A DNA stretch of 62,879 nt, counting the filler, from Collodictyon triciliatum (taxonomy: Eukaryota), in NCBI GenBank assembly GCA_043381765.1. It is 13 parts of 13 records of this genome, joined end to end, with 100 filler letters (N's around TTAATTAATTAA, not from the genome) between each part and the next. Parts side by side here need not be neighbours in the genome. Positions count along the whole stretch, not along the records: positions 24,577 to 29,387 come from JBHJMP010005737.1; positions 29,488 to 34,293 come from JBHJMP010005738.1; positions 34,394 to 41,522 come from JBHJMP010005741.1; positions 41,623 to 46,428 come from JBHJMP010005742.1; 9 more parts are not named here. The stretch is one strand, 5' to 3'. The notes under the pieces were generated by a model. It ran no database searches and was not told the origin of the DNA. It saw only the letters and a list, made by a program, of their open reading frames with translations. Of the stretch, positions 24,800-41,704 are shown piece by piece. Made by a program: the position numbers and the translations under genes. The first letter of the stretch is position 1; each line of letters begins with the position of its first letter.

Positions 24800-24988
24800 C
24801 GCTAATGGCTGGGTTTCCACCCGGGTCCTTCTTGTCGATCTCGCTGAGGCCGTATGTGATGTAGTGCCAGTGTGCAGGGTGTGTGGGTCCGGCTGCATGG
24901 CTGTAGACAGAGACTCCGTAGAGAGGCATGGTTGCACTTTCTTGCTCTGTTCGAGTGCAGTGGTAATCTGGGTCGCGGTTGTAGATAT
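24800..24988 (-). CDS. Exon of a Suppressor-of-fused (SUFU)-like domain protein
   Basis: AG/GT-bounded exon IYNRDPDYHC..MPLYGVSVYSHAAGPTHPAHWHYITYGLSEIDKKDPGGNPAISG; HWHY(I/V)TYG(L/F)SE is the SUFU N-domain motif. Confidence 0.8.
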
Positions 24989-25409
24989 CTGCATCGAGTA
25001 TGCGTTTGTTTGGATACTGATTTAGTGGCCGGTCTGCTGGCTTGATAGTTTGAGGTTTGTTGTGTTGAATACATTCATGGCTCCTCTATATTTTTCATTA
25101 TCATAAATTTCATGTTTTTGTATCCATGTCTCATATTAAGTTCGTGGTACTTGATATGTGCTTAACCTTGTTGGTGTTATGTCATTCATTTATTTAATTT
25201 TAACTATATGCGACTGTTGGTGTCTTTATCTTGTTTTTGATTGTTTTTTGATTGTTTTTGATTGATTTTTTGATTGTTTTTTGATTGTTTTTTTGATTGT
25301 TTTTTGATTGTTTTTTGATTGTTTTTTTGATTGTTTTTTTGATTGTTTTTTTGATTGTTTTTTTGATTGTTTTTTTGATTGTTTTTTTGATTGTTTTTTT
25401 GATTGTTTT

Positions 25410-25601
25410 TTGAGAAAGCTTATGAGTGCATTTATATGGTGGAAAGAATTGGGCATGCCTGATATCGCCAGATGCAAGGACTGGCCACCTGCCGTGCTCC
25501 ATTCCAAGGGAGTTTGGTTCTTGCGTCGTTTTCTTTGCGTTTCAGAGGGGCTCGAAATACTTTGGATGGAGAGCGTATTTGGGATGCTCACAGATGTGTG
25601 A
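25410..25601 (+). mobile_element. Possible degenerate LINE ORF2 post-RT fragment
   Basis: LRKLMSAFIW..LGMPDI..WFLRRFL..LWME resembles the FIW...GLG.PD region of L1/Tx1 with an internal deletion. Confidence 0.35.
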
Positions 25602-26969
25602 CTCATTTACTTGTTCTTTTTTTTTTTAATTATAAAAAAAACAGACTATTTCAGTGGTTGACCTTTATTTCCTTCATACTTTGTTAAGTCTCTTGTGTCT
25701 TTGGCTTCTTATGTTCTTTAAAGATCAAGGATTCGATGACCGCCACACATATACAAAATATTAACAAAGGAAGGTGATCAAACAAATACCGCAGAACGAA
25801 ATGTGCATGCAGTGTTCATAAAAAGATAATAATAGGGAGAGAAAGAAACAACTCCAAAATAAAAATAAAAAAAGAACTAGGAGGAATGTGGCGAGTCCTA
25901 GAAAATATGAATAGGAAAGAGGGTTGGTTGGATCTCACACCTGTCCTATTTTGTTACAGGCAAGCTCCAAAAAAAAGAAGAAGAAGAAGGAAAGCATATG
26001 TCGAAGTCCTTGTTGTTTTCAGTTTTTGCTGCGTTTGCCACTGAGTCGTGGAGACGGGCCCTTCCTTTTGATTCTGCCTTCATCATGATCAGCCGCGGCC
26101 GCGTTGTTGTCGAAGAGGCTTGCAAGTGCGCTATGGCTGCACAGAATCACACGAAGCGAGGGAAAATAATCATCTCCCTTTTGCGGAATACACATCTGGA
26201 ATTTATATGCTACTTGGATCAGAACCTAACACAGGAGAGAAATGAAGTAATTTTATTGACTTGACCGTTTTTGTATTGATTTTTCAATTATGCAGTATTA
26301 GTGTTGGTTTATAAATTATTTTTCAATAGGCTATCAATGAATTCACGTAAATTGTGCATATCAGCGCGAAGCTTCATCGAAACCACGAACTGGATCTATT
26401 TTCGGTCGTCCATTCTCAGATCACAGCCACATTACAGGTCATCACAATGAAGACAAAAGTAAAAAGGATCTGGCTCTGGCAGTATATAAAGAGAATCAGC
26501 TTTTTTTTTTATAGTGTTGCGCTGTTGGATAATTAGCAGGTTGCGCCGCGAGGCTTCGTAGAAAGTAGCGACTTCCATCCCACCCAGAGCCGAGAGAGAG
26601 AGAAAGAGAGAGGAAAATCACGCTTCCCTTTTCTTTTTCTTTATCTATTCTCTTTCGTCTGCTTTTTCTACGAGAGGGGTCTTTTGGCGCACGATGAAAA
26701 GGCGTGGTCTGATTCTATGCAAAGTATCTGTGTCCATGCGGCCGGGTATCTTTCGGGCGCCTGAGCCTCCCTCACAAGCAAAAGCACACACACACCTCCC
26801 TCGTACCAATTGTGTTTAGAAGGGCGCCATCATAGAAAAGAAAAAAATGGATAAGATTAGAAAAGAAAAGAAAAGATGCACAGACAAAGGTATTAAGCCG
26901 CAAAATTGTTGGCCTCTGTCAGCTCCCTTTGAATAAGCCAAGCGCTATAAATCAGAAACATAGTAATTG

Positions 26970-28123
26970 ATGGGCAGAGTTCACGACGCTCTCGAGGAAC
27001 CGCAGGATCTTTCCCTTGATCTTGTGGGGAAAATAGTTGCTCGCTGGGCACGCGAGATCCTCGCAGCACGATCGTCTAACTTTGACTCGAACTTAGAGGA
27101 AATCTTTTATACAAAGGTAATGTCATAATTTTAGCTTTTTCTTTCCTTTTTCTTTCCTTTTTCTTTCCTTTTTTTTTCTTATTTATACATGACACAACTT
27201 TTTTTTTTTGCTTAAGCTGATGGAACACGGTCTCAAGCAAACCTGTCTTTTTCTTTTTCTTTTTCTTTGATATCTAAAAGGCAGTAGGTGATTCATAGAA
27301 TCATTGACGGGTCAGATTTATTCATTTTTTTTTTGTTGTTGTTGTGTGTTTATGTTTCTCAGATGCTCAATTCCTTGGAGGAGCAGTATTCTCACCAGGA
27401 CAAGCTCGACCCCATAGATAAACCCATGCACATCAGATTGTACACAATTATACATATTTTGAGTATGGAGCACCTGTTCAAAGCACCAAAAGAGCTTGTT
27501 TGGGACAAGGAAAATATTGACACACATGTTTTGGAAGAATGGTCTATCAGGATTTATCAGACTGCCGAAAAGTACAATTTTATATGTCCCATATATCATC
27601 ATGATATGTGTGTTTCATTGCCCATTTTTTTCGCAATATTTAATATTTTTGCGCGTATCGTCTGCAAATACACGACGAAAACCACTGATGTGTGTATTTT
27701 ACAAGCACAGACTTATATTTCACATGTATGCATGGATTATATTCAGTTCAACATCTACATAGGGAAGCCAACCTGAGTGATTTTTCAGACAATCGAGACT
27801 ACGAAGTCCAATCATCCATTAGTTCAGTGATGTCGCTCCTGCGTATTCTTCCAGCATACAAACTATTCAGACTGGAAAAATCAAAGTTTGTCTTGATTTT
27901 ATTGGTGCAATAAGTGAATGCATTATCCACAGCATTCCTCAGTACCCCTCCCCGACAATATTTGCCAGCCATGACTTTCACATCATCTCGCTTTATTTTG
28001 ACAAAGTCCTTTTTCTCCACTTTATTCTCTCTGTTTCTTTCATTCATATTATTGTTATTGAAAAAATATAACAAAATAATCTCAAGCAGCTATTTTAAAT
28101 AAATATATTATGAGATACTATTT

Positions 28124-28207
<84 letters not shown>

Positions 28208-29253
28208 AACAGACGTTCATTTAGAGACAACTCAGGCCTTCTTCCTAGCGGAAAAGCAGCTTTTCGACTCGACAACACTGACCATATACACGACGAAGAT
28301 ACCCTTTCCGAATTTGAAACATCTCCACGACAAGACTTTTCCATCCGCACTTGGACACACAACAACCAAATCATCCATCTATCTGTCAAGTACCGGAGAG
28401 AATTCAACATCGACGTAGGCACTTCCACCTCCTCACCTATTTCTCCTTCTTTTTCCATTTCAGTTCTTCCTCCTTGTTCTTCCTTCCATGATACAGAAAC
28501 ACACGAATGAAGCCAATCCAATGAACTATTGTCCAAAAGAAAAAACAAGCATCGACTGACCCACACATCATCCCACCACGCACAGAGCCTCACAGGGAAC
28601 AAATCCCCCATCAGCGCAGCCCGAAGACACCTCGCACTCAAGTCATACCAGACACCCAAACTCGCCGAGCCCGCCAGCGCATCGATACACATACCAAGCC
28701 CAAAAGCAAAGCCGCCACCAGTGACCCACGAGCGAGGCGAATGCCCAGACACAAGCCTCTCCAGCGGGTTGGGACTCTCTGGAGCAGACTCGGGGCCCGG
28801 CAAGGCGCGCACCCCGCCAATTCCGATTCCGATTTCCCTTCCAAGTCTGGGACCGGCACAAACCCAAAGGCCAAGCCCGACCCAGGCTGCGACTCCAACC
28901 TCGACGGACGGCTCATTGCAGATGTCGCCCTCGCCTGGGATGGGACCGCGCATGGGTGGGGCTCTGCCTGGCCGGCCGAGTCTGTCGCGGTCCTGCTCGG
29001 AGATGACGCCGCCCCGGCACTTCTTCACACGGGCAGCCCCGGACACGTCTGCGCAGGCATCGCACGGCTTCCTGAATGTCGGCGGCGTCACCATTGCAAA
29101 GACGTGCCACTCGCCGCCGTCGGCCCCGGAGAAGTGGGCGCCCTTTGTCGGGTCCTTCGAGGAGAGCATCCTGAGCGGCCGGATGTCCAACACCTCCTCC
29201 TCTCGCTACGACGGCTTTGTGGCCGAGCTCTCTGCCCACGGCATGGGCGTCAG
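26970..29253 (+). CDS. Atos/FAM214-family protein (DUF4210) with HORMA-like N-terminus, 3'-truncated
   Basis: PFVGSFEESILSGRMS..YDGFVAELSA is the DUF4210 motif. Four exons splice in frame from ATG 26970. Confidence 0.85.
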
Positions 29254-29610
29254 GTATCTCCTTTTCCCCAAGTCTTGATCTACAGATCTATACATACATA
29301 CATACATACATACATACATACATACATACATACATACATACATACATACATACATACATACATACATACATACATACATACATACATNNNNNNNNNNNNN
29401 NNNNNNNNNNNNNNNNNNNNNNNNNNNNNNNTTAATTAATTAANNNNNNNNNNNNNNNNNNNNNNNNNNNNNNNNNNNNNNNNNNNNTATTATATTATAT
29501 TATATTATATTATATTATATTATATTATATTATATTATATTATATTATATTATATTATATTATATTATATTATATTATATTATATTATATTATTTCATGT
29601 GATTAAACAC

Positions 29611-32600
29611 CTGGGCTGTTTGTTACGAAGATTCGACTCATCGGATTATAATATTGTGTGGCTCTGTAATCCGATGACAAACTTCCACCTACCAGATATA
29701 TATTGGAGTCGATTGCAAACAACTGCCCAAAGACAACCGGAGGCATAGAATCACTCAATTCCTTCCATTGTGTTTGACCAACAGACTTTATATCTGAATA
29801 GATTAATCGTTAGTGAGACTAAAATTTTATTTTGTGTTATTTTTCATTTCAGATACAAACCCATGATCTCCTTATTGATGGGATTTCTTTCAATACAAGA
29901 AACCTTTTATTGGGATTTTTTAAAAAAAAAGTAAAGGTTTAGTTCTTGATTAATATATAAAAAGAAATAATTTGTGTTTTTTGTTGTAAAACTATATATA
30001 TATTTATTGAATACCTGATTTATTTCAGGTTGATAAGTTCCAGATGGACAGGGAATACAATCACCTCGAAAGTTTATGTAATTTTCCTGTTTACAGAAGC
30101 AACCTTCTTCATTGATGTAGAATCCTTTTTTGCAATCTATAGGATTTTTTCCTAGTTAATCTCGTAAATAGTACCAAAAAATGAGATACAAGTTTTGGGT
30201 TTCTCGAAATCCTGTATTACAGAATAATTGAAGATCGAATCCTTGATCAACTACAGCATCGTATGAAACTATAAATTCCAGCCTCGAAACTGAAGATGGA
30301 ATATTTATAACATCCCCTGGCTTCATGTTTTCCAAGGAAAACTAAGGTGTATAAAATCAAAACAACAATTGATTTCATATAATAATATACAATCATTATG
30401 AGACAGTCCCATTGTTATCATTTACTTATCAAAAGATGGAAAATATAAATGAATAATTCCCTTTAGAATGTTTCAGTTGCATTTCTATGAATTTTTCTGT
30501 ATTAATGTAGAGTTGGTCATTAAAGTATTATACCTTGGGTGATTTTTTATCAGAGATTATGATATCTTTGTCACACTTGGAGATTGTTTCGAGAGTAAGA
30601 GTGGCCCCCGTTGATATTCTCAAGTTTTTGACCTTCATAACATTAAATAAAATTAATATGTGCATGACTGTCTTTAAATACACACAGAATATATTATTTA
30701 TATTTCAAATGATTGTCTTTTTGAAACCAGAATAAAATTCGTTTCTTGTATCTCCCATCGACAATTGGTTCCGGGAAAGTAAAGAAAATCCCTGCTTCCG
30801 TCAGATAATAGAATGGATGTGCTGTTAACGATGTTGTAACCACGACACCAGAAGTCATCTTTTCGTTTGTGTTTAATTTTGTGTTGTATTATAAATCAAT
30901 ATATTAAAAACATTTTGGTTAGGATTATATATCTGAAATAGACATTGCATATTTAGTTAAAATTCTAATCTTACTTAATGATAAATTGTAAATAGATGAA
31001 GTCCTCTTTGATAATCTCCTAATACCCCCAGAAAACATATAAATATTTCCCGAGTGAATAACAGATGCTGAGTAGGCAATCAATGGTGCCATCTGTTGCT
31101 GGCCAATAAGCTTTTCCCATTTTTTGGAGTCAACTAAGTTGTAAAATGTTAAAAAAATTCCACAGCCTTTTTAAATGGTAGCAAAATTATACATCCATAG
31201 TGAGATAATTATCTAAACTTCACCAATTTTTTTCTTTTATTTTCAAAAAAAAAATACCATCATATATCCAAAAATCATTGTAAATAATCCCTTGTTTATC
31301 AGTCCCTCCAAATGTCATCAAGCTTTTGTAAAATCCTAGTAAAGTTGTTTGATCCGGTACGTCGACATGGACTCGTCCGATAACTGTCCAATTTCTAAAG
31401 TCTGTATATTTTAACATTTAATTTAATTCAGAATAATCTCTCTACACTTTGATCGGAATGAAGGAAAAAAAATTTAATTTAATTCATTAACATCTAATAT
31501 CTGAATTGGAAGATCATATTACTTCCCTTTATTTATTTCAAATGTTAATTTCAGGTAGGATATTCAATTTTATGTAACCTTTTGAAGAGCATACTATCTC
31601 TCTATCCTTAGGGTTATCGCTCAGCCAAGTATCAATGAAGCAGAAATTTCTATTTAACGAAAATCCTTGTGGTCTCTTTCGAATGTAGAGTCCTTTTGTA
31701 TCCGAAAAAACAGGAAAGGCAGCATTATTGTCAAGATCGAATACATATGTTGCATTCGATGTCTGGCTTCCTTCTGCATTTGAACCTCCCCAAATTAGCA
31801 TCTTGGAATCAATAACACAACTAGCAGCATTATATCTTATCCCAGATTCATAGACTGATGGATTCAGCCCTTCCCAGTTACTCCAAGTTCTCGTATCTAA
31901 TGGTTCATGTTTAAGATATGATATGTAAATATTGTTTTTATAAATATATTGTAAATCGATTGATGGCCACAAATCATGTCTTACTGATTGAGAATATTTT
32001 AAATACGGGATCAAAAGGCCATTTATAGAATCCTCCGATTAGATACAGATTTCCTTTATATCCTCCAAAAGCCTTTTTTTAAAAAGCAAGAAATATTTCA
32101 AAGATAAATTCTTGAACACATTTTTTTTATTTTTTTTAATGTGATTCACAACCATTTTGGATGGTCAGTGATGAATTTTAAGTACGTGATTTGATCTTAC
32201 AGCATACAATACAGCAGGAGCACAATTCGATTCATAAGGAAAACAGATAGATTCTTGTACAAGCCTTTTCCATTCTAGTTTTACTGTAAAACAAAATAAA
32301 CTGAGAGGGTTAATAATGCAATCAGAATAGTTTATTGATTGATACAAATGATGCAAACGATGGCTAGAGAACCAAAGCCAACATCTTCATCATCCTGCAC
32401 AAAATTGAAAGGAAGAATAAAAAAAATTGATTGATACAAAGGATAAATTTTGATTAAGATTCTTAAATAAAAACCTGTATCATAACTCCAGAGATCATTT
32501 ATTGGTTGAACCGTGTATTGTTTTGTTTCTCCTCCAAACATGTATATTTTACTTCCTGAGATTGATGTAACATGAGGACTTAGTCTTCCAATAGGATATC

Positions 32601-34037
32601 GTGATAAGCTGTTATCAATCCACTCGAGCTTATCTAATAATAATTTTTTTAATAATTTTAGGTTTTTTGTAAAAAAAAAAAAAGTTGAACCATTATAATC
32701 ATTTGCAGTAGAATTAAACGATCATTAATGTATCATACCGGCATCAAATACCCAAATGTCATTGAGCCTTCCCGCTGGAAAGGCTCCTCCTAAGTAAAAT
32801 AGTTTATTTGAAACCCTAGCATATGCCAAATGTCTTCTTGGGGATGGAGCCACGATTGGATACGAATTCATGTAATTCGGACTCGGGTATCGTAGAAGAT
32901 TCGTAGTTTTCTCAACTAAAAAATTGAAATGTGATTAAAAATAAGACACAGATTCTATTTATTTCGGTCAAACATAGGGAAAAAGGATCGACATTTGATT
33001 TCAATAGCAATTCGATATTTTTTTCATTAGATAAAACCTATGTCATATATGATCATGTTATTTGTTGCTTGAGATCCTCCGCTATCTAAAGCTCCAGCAA
33101 ATATGAAAAGCTTATCCTTATAGATCAGCGGTCCAGCGTTGATAACAGGTTTAATTGTAAATGCAACAGGTGTATACCAAATTTTAGAAGCTGTATTGTT
33201 TTAATTTAATTATTTTAATGTCAGTTGAATGAAGCCTTCTGGTGCAGTATAAATAAATCATACAATAATCTGGAACTAACTTATATTGTAGCTCCAAACT
33301 TTTGACTGGAATACATCCCATGGATCTGTTCCTCCAAAAAGTATCAATGTGTCATAATAGAGTTCCATTTGGGTAAACTTTAATAGCCCTTGGTTAGGGT
33401 CGCTGCTTTGTTGGCCGGAGAAGATTGGTCTCCATATACCAGTGCCTAAATTATGAGCAATTCCGTTTGATGAAATTTTTATAATAATTATTAAAATAAT
33501 AACAATATTGATGTAAAGCATGGTCAAAATTTCATGTTATTCATAAAAATTTATCATATATCAAGTTATTTGATGCAATGCACTTGTTTTATGAGAAAAA
33601 TACTTGGATCAAAAACCCAGAAATTCGAGTCATTATAGCCGTTGTATCCTCCATAGACATAAATCTTTCTATCATATGCAATACAACTCATAGTATTTGC
33701 GGGTCTAATCACAAGGTTTGAGAAATAATCAACTTTTTCCCAAAAAAAGGTATCCAAGTTAAGACAAAGCATCTCATTCAAGTTTGAGAGTCCTTTCCAA
33801 AACATTCCTCCAAATATGTAAAACTGGATTAAATTTTTCATTACTTACATATTTTTAAAAAGACGATGTGTTTTTATCTCTAAAATATATATTGTGCTTA
33901 CATAGAGTGATTTTTATTATATACGATAATGTAAAATTTACGAAAAATAACCTTGTTATCAATAATGGAAGAACAGTAAAAGAATCTTCTTTCTGGTATG
34001 GTTCCTTTGGTGTATTCCCATTTCCAGGTTAAATCAG
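29611..34037 (-). CDS. Large multi-Kelch repeat protein with a Cys-rich CIPCPSGTYQP motif; both ends missing
   Basis: Many exons carry IY(V/I)FGG...(L/F)W.(Y/F)D Kelch motifs. The exon near 30015-30340 contains CIPCPSGTYQPE (ephrin-receptor-like/GCC2-GCC3 type repeat). Confidence 0.85.
31416..31486 (+). mobile_element. 41-bp A-tailed insertion (family B) with 15-bp TSD, in a Kelch intron
   Basis: atttaatttaattca at 31416-31430 and 31472-31486 flanks gaataatctctctacactttgatcggaatgaaggaaaaaaa, whose 3' end matches 6062-6089. Confidence 0.72.
32334..32440 (+). mobile_element. 77-bp A-tailed insertion (family A) with 15-bp TSD, in a Kelch intron
   Basis: attgattgatacaaa at 32334-32348 and 32426-32440 flanks an insert ending catcctgcacaaaattgaaaggaagaataaaaaaa. 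Confidence 0.8.
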
Positions 34038-34084
34038 CTGTTGAGAACAGTATGGTAGCATTTATGTCAATTTTCTTTAATACC

Positions 34085-34293
34085 AAAACATTAAAAACAT
34101 TAAAAACACTAAAAACATTAAAAACACTAAAAACATTAAAAACATTAAAAACATTAAAAACATTAAAAACATTAAAAACATTAAAAACATTAAAAACATT
34201 AAAAACATTAAAAACATTAAAAACATTAAAAACATTAAAAACATTAAAAACATTAAAAACATTAAAAACATTAAAAACATTAAAAACATTAAA
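34085..34293 (+). repeat. (AAAAACATT)n 9-bp repeat
   Basis: Directly visible tandem repeat at the scaffold end. Confidence 0.9.
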
Positions 34294-34402
34294 NNNNNNN
34301 NNNNNNNNNNNNNNNNNNNNNNNNNNNNNNNNNNNNNTTAATTAATTAANNNNNNNNNNNNNNNNNNNNNNNNNNNNNNNNNNNNNNNNNNNNTTTTTTT
34401 TT

Positions 34403-34471
<69 letters not shown>

Positions 34472-34638
34472 TTTTTACTTTTTTTTTTTACTTTTATACT
34501 TTTACTTTTTACTTTTATATTTCCATTAAAGGGTGTCCTAATATTTCACTTTGTATATTATATTTATACATATTTTGTACATCGTTCATTGTAAATTTAG
34601 ATTGTTTCTAATATTTTTATTTCACTGCGCGAAACCAG

Positions 34639-34947
34639 GAGCTTTATAGCCTTTTAATATCAAACATGGAGCTCGTGCGAGACGTGGTTTCGTCGAAGCC
34701 GATTTTTGTAGGCTCATCATCGAACAATCTCCACGTGAGACATTATTTTGAGAAGCGAAAAAAGAACCTAATATCTTGCAAAAATGGAGGGTTGGTTTCA
34801 TTCTATTTTTTACTATAAAAAGAAATGAATGAAAAAAGACACACATGAACATTTCATTATTCAAGCTCTAAACCTTTGAAATATTATTGCAAATTTAACA
34901 TCGAATCTCAATTGTAGACCTTGCAATTCTTTTGTTTTTTGTTCCTT

Positions 34948-35010
<63 letters not shown>

Positions 35011-35852
35011 TTAATATGTAATTTTACACAATTTTCTTTTGAATATCTGCAACAATTAGCAATTTATATTTATTTGCTCCCACTTGCAACGCAGAATCAT
35101 CAATGCCCATCGACGCATTTTATTTGGATTTCCATGCTCGCCAAACATTATAGGTCAAAGTCCATATTTTGACCAAGATTTATTTGTGTATGACGAAAGG
35201 TCCATCGTTGGGTGCGATAGGTTTCTCAACAAAATAATAATAACCAAACATGGCTATACTAAGTCGATACACATCACGATTTTGAAACTGAGGGACTTTT
35301 TTATTGCTGATTTTTTTATTTTATTTCAAGATGTGATATCCTATTGATATATTTACAAGCAGATAACTCGGCAAAATGCTTTAGGGGTAAATCTGGGGCT
35401 GATATGCCAACAAAATTCAATCTTCGGCGCGGAAACACATTCAAGTTCCAATTGGATCCAACAAATCCGCAGACACGTTCATCCGGGCGCTCAGGGTTTG
35501 GTTCAGATATATCACAACAATCATGGCATTTATTTCAATTATGCATTATACACTTCATTCTACATTTTATTCTTCTATATTTTATTCTGCATTTTATTGT
35601 CCACGTATTATTGCATTGTGCATTATTTGTATTTTTATTTGTATTTGTATTTGTATTTGTATTTGTATTTGTATTTTTATAATACCACATAAACACAGTC
35701 GGTCGGTCTCGTATGTCTTCCACCCACACCTGCCCTTTGTGATCAGCGTGCAACAAACAATGTATTACCCGCCGGTAATAAACTTCCACTTCAGAAGCGA
35801 ACGGACGGAGTCTCCCGTTTCCGATCAAGCAGATTCTCAATCGACTTTGTGA
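34639..35852 (+). CDS. DET1: DET1 homolog, last four exons
   Basis: SSSNNLHVR..KNGG|..RRILFGFPCSP..QSPYFDQDLFVYDER|..KF..|RSVSYVFHPHLPFVISVQQ..VINFHFR matches the DET1 C-terminus. Confidence 0.9.
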
Positions 35853-36223
35853 ACAAGTGAAATAAATAAAAATAAAACACTGAAGAGAGAAAAGAAAAAG
35901 AAGGAAAGAAGAGAAAAAAAATATGAAGAAAAGGAATGCGAGTGGTCTCTGGCTGTTCCCACCTATGAGACTTTGTAGGAAAGGTATAATGATGGAGTGC
36001 AAAGAAGCAGCCACGCTTTGTCCAGGCCATGTTCTTTTTTTTTTCTTTCTTTTTTTATCTTTTTCTTCTGTGGTTTTTTGTGATTCTTTTCAGTTTTATA
36101 CTTTATTTTTTGGCTTTTAATGTTTTAAATAGAAAAACGTGTCAAGACGAGACTAGACTTGGAAGGCCCGTTTTATCGTCGATAAGCGAAAAGGCAGTTA
36201 ACACAACTACGCGTGGCAGAAAA

Positions 36224-40452
<4,229 letters not shown>

Positions 40453-40823
40453 CTGACATCACCTTTGTTTCTTAACCTCATTGTGGTCTGTGCACAAATG
40501 ATATCGTTTATCTTGATAATAAAAAAAAAACAATCATTTCTACAGACTCTATACCTCAATTATTACATTTTAAAATGTATATTCTTAAAAAGTATTTAAA
40601 TGACAAGAAATTTGATTTTAGTTTTAATTTGGTTGTTATTGATTGTTGTATATCCTAAGATGGTATATGTCTTTTTTTTTTAAAAAAAAAAAAAGGGATT
40701 TATTTATCTCAAGACTGATTAAAAATAGTCAATTTCAATCTTTCTATTTATTTATTTATTTATTTATTTATTTATTGGTGTTTATTCCATTATTCTTTTC
40801 GTGTTGATGATGGTGGTGGTGGT

Positions 40824-41266
40824 CTATCCGCCTTTCTTTTTGGCTCGACGAGGCTTTGATGAGGATTCCCTCTCGTCGTGTGGAAGGCGCTCCTATTGAT
40901 GGACACAGAATAAGTAATTTTATATGTCCCAACAGTCTGTGATATGGAGAGAATACGACCCCGATAAGTACTAATAATACCTCTGGTGGATTCGGTGACC
41001 GAGCCTCGCTTGTGCTGGAACCATCGAGAGCTTTCATCAAGTCATTCACTTGTTGCTGCAATATATATATGAATAAATAGAATAACTGAACGTGGGCTAT
41101 GAACAACCGAGATAAACAAGAATACTTGCATTCAGCATTATGTGTATGAAACCTCTAGCTCCCCGACTCGTCTATATCTTACAGCCTCCTCATCTTTCAT
41201 TTTCTTTTCCAATTGTTCATATCGCTCTTGCCATTCTTTTTGGGTGACAACCGAGGAAGTGTAAAT
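40824..41266 (-). CDS. 3' exons of an unknown coiled-coil protein
   Basis: Exons IYTSSVVTQKEWQERYEQLEKKMKDEEAVRYRRVGELE|QQVNDLMKALDG..|ERLPHDERESSSKPRRAKKKGG*. Confidence 0.6.
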
Positions 41267-41366
41267 CTAGTGTTATCGGATGAAGGTAATAAGGTGAGTA
41301 AAACACAGAACTCGGAACCTGTTGTTTCTCTGAAAAAAAATAATAATTTATTTCTTTTTTTCTTCC

Positions 41367-41408
41367 TGATATCATTTTATACGTAATATTAAGTATATAT
41401 TGATATCA
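41367..41408. repeat. Imperfect copy of the 42-bp palindrome
   Basis: tgatatcattttatacgtaatattaagtatatattgatatca; 37/42 identical to 46330-46371. Confidence 0.75.
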
Positions 41409-41460
41409 ATTTTTTTCTTCTTTTTTCTTCCTTTTTTTTTTCTTCCTTTTTTTTTTTTTT

Positions 41461-41522
<62 letters not shown>

Positions 41523-41622
41523 NNNNNNNNNNNNNNNNNNNNNNNNNNNNNNNNNNNNNNNNNNNNTTAATTAATTAANNNNNNNNNNNNNNNNNNNNNN
41601 NNNNNNNNNNNNNNNNNNNNNN

Positions 41623-41704
<82 letters not shown>

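Noticed and set aside
32355-32398. Extra Kelch exon DDEDVGFGSLAI
   Set aside because: Phase 0-0 between phase-1 introns; it is the antisense strand of the TSD-flanked insertion.
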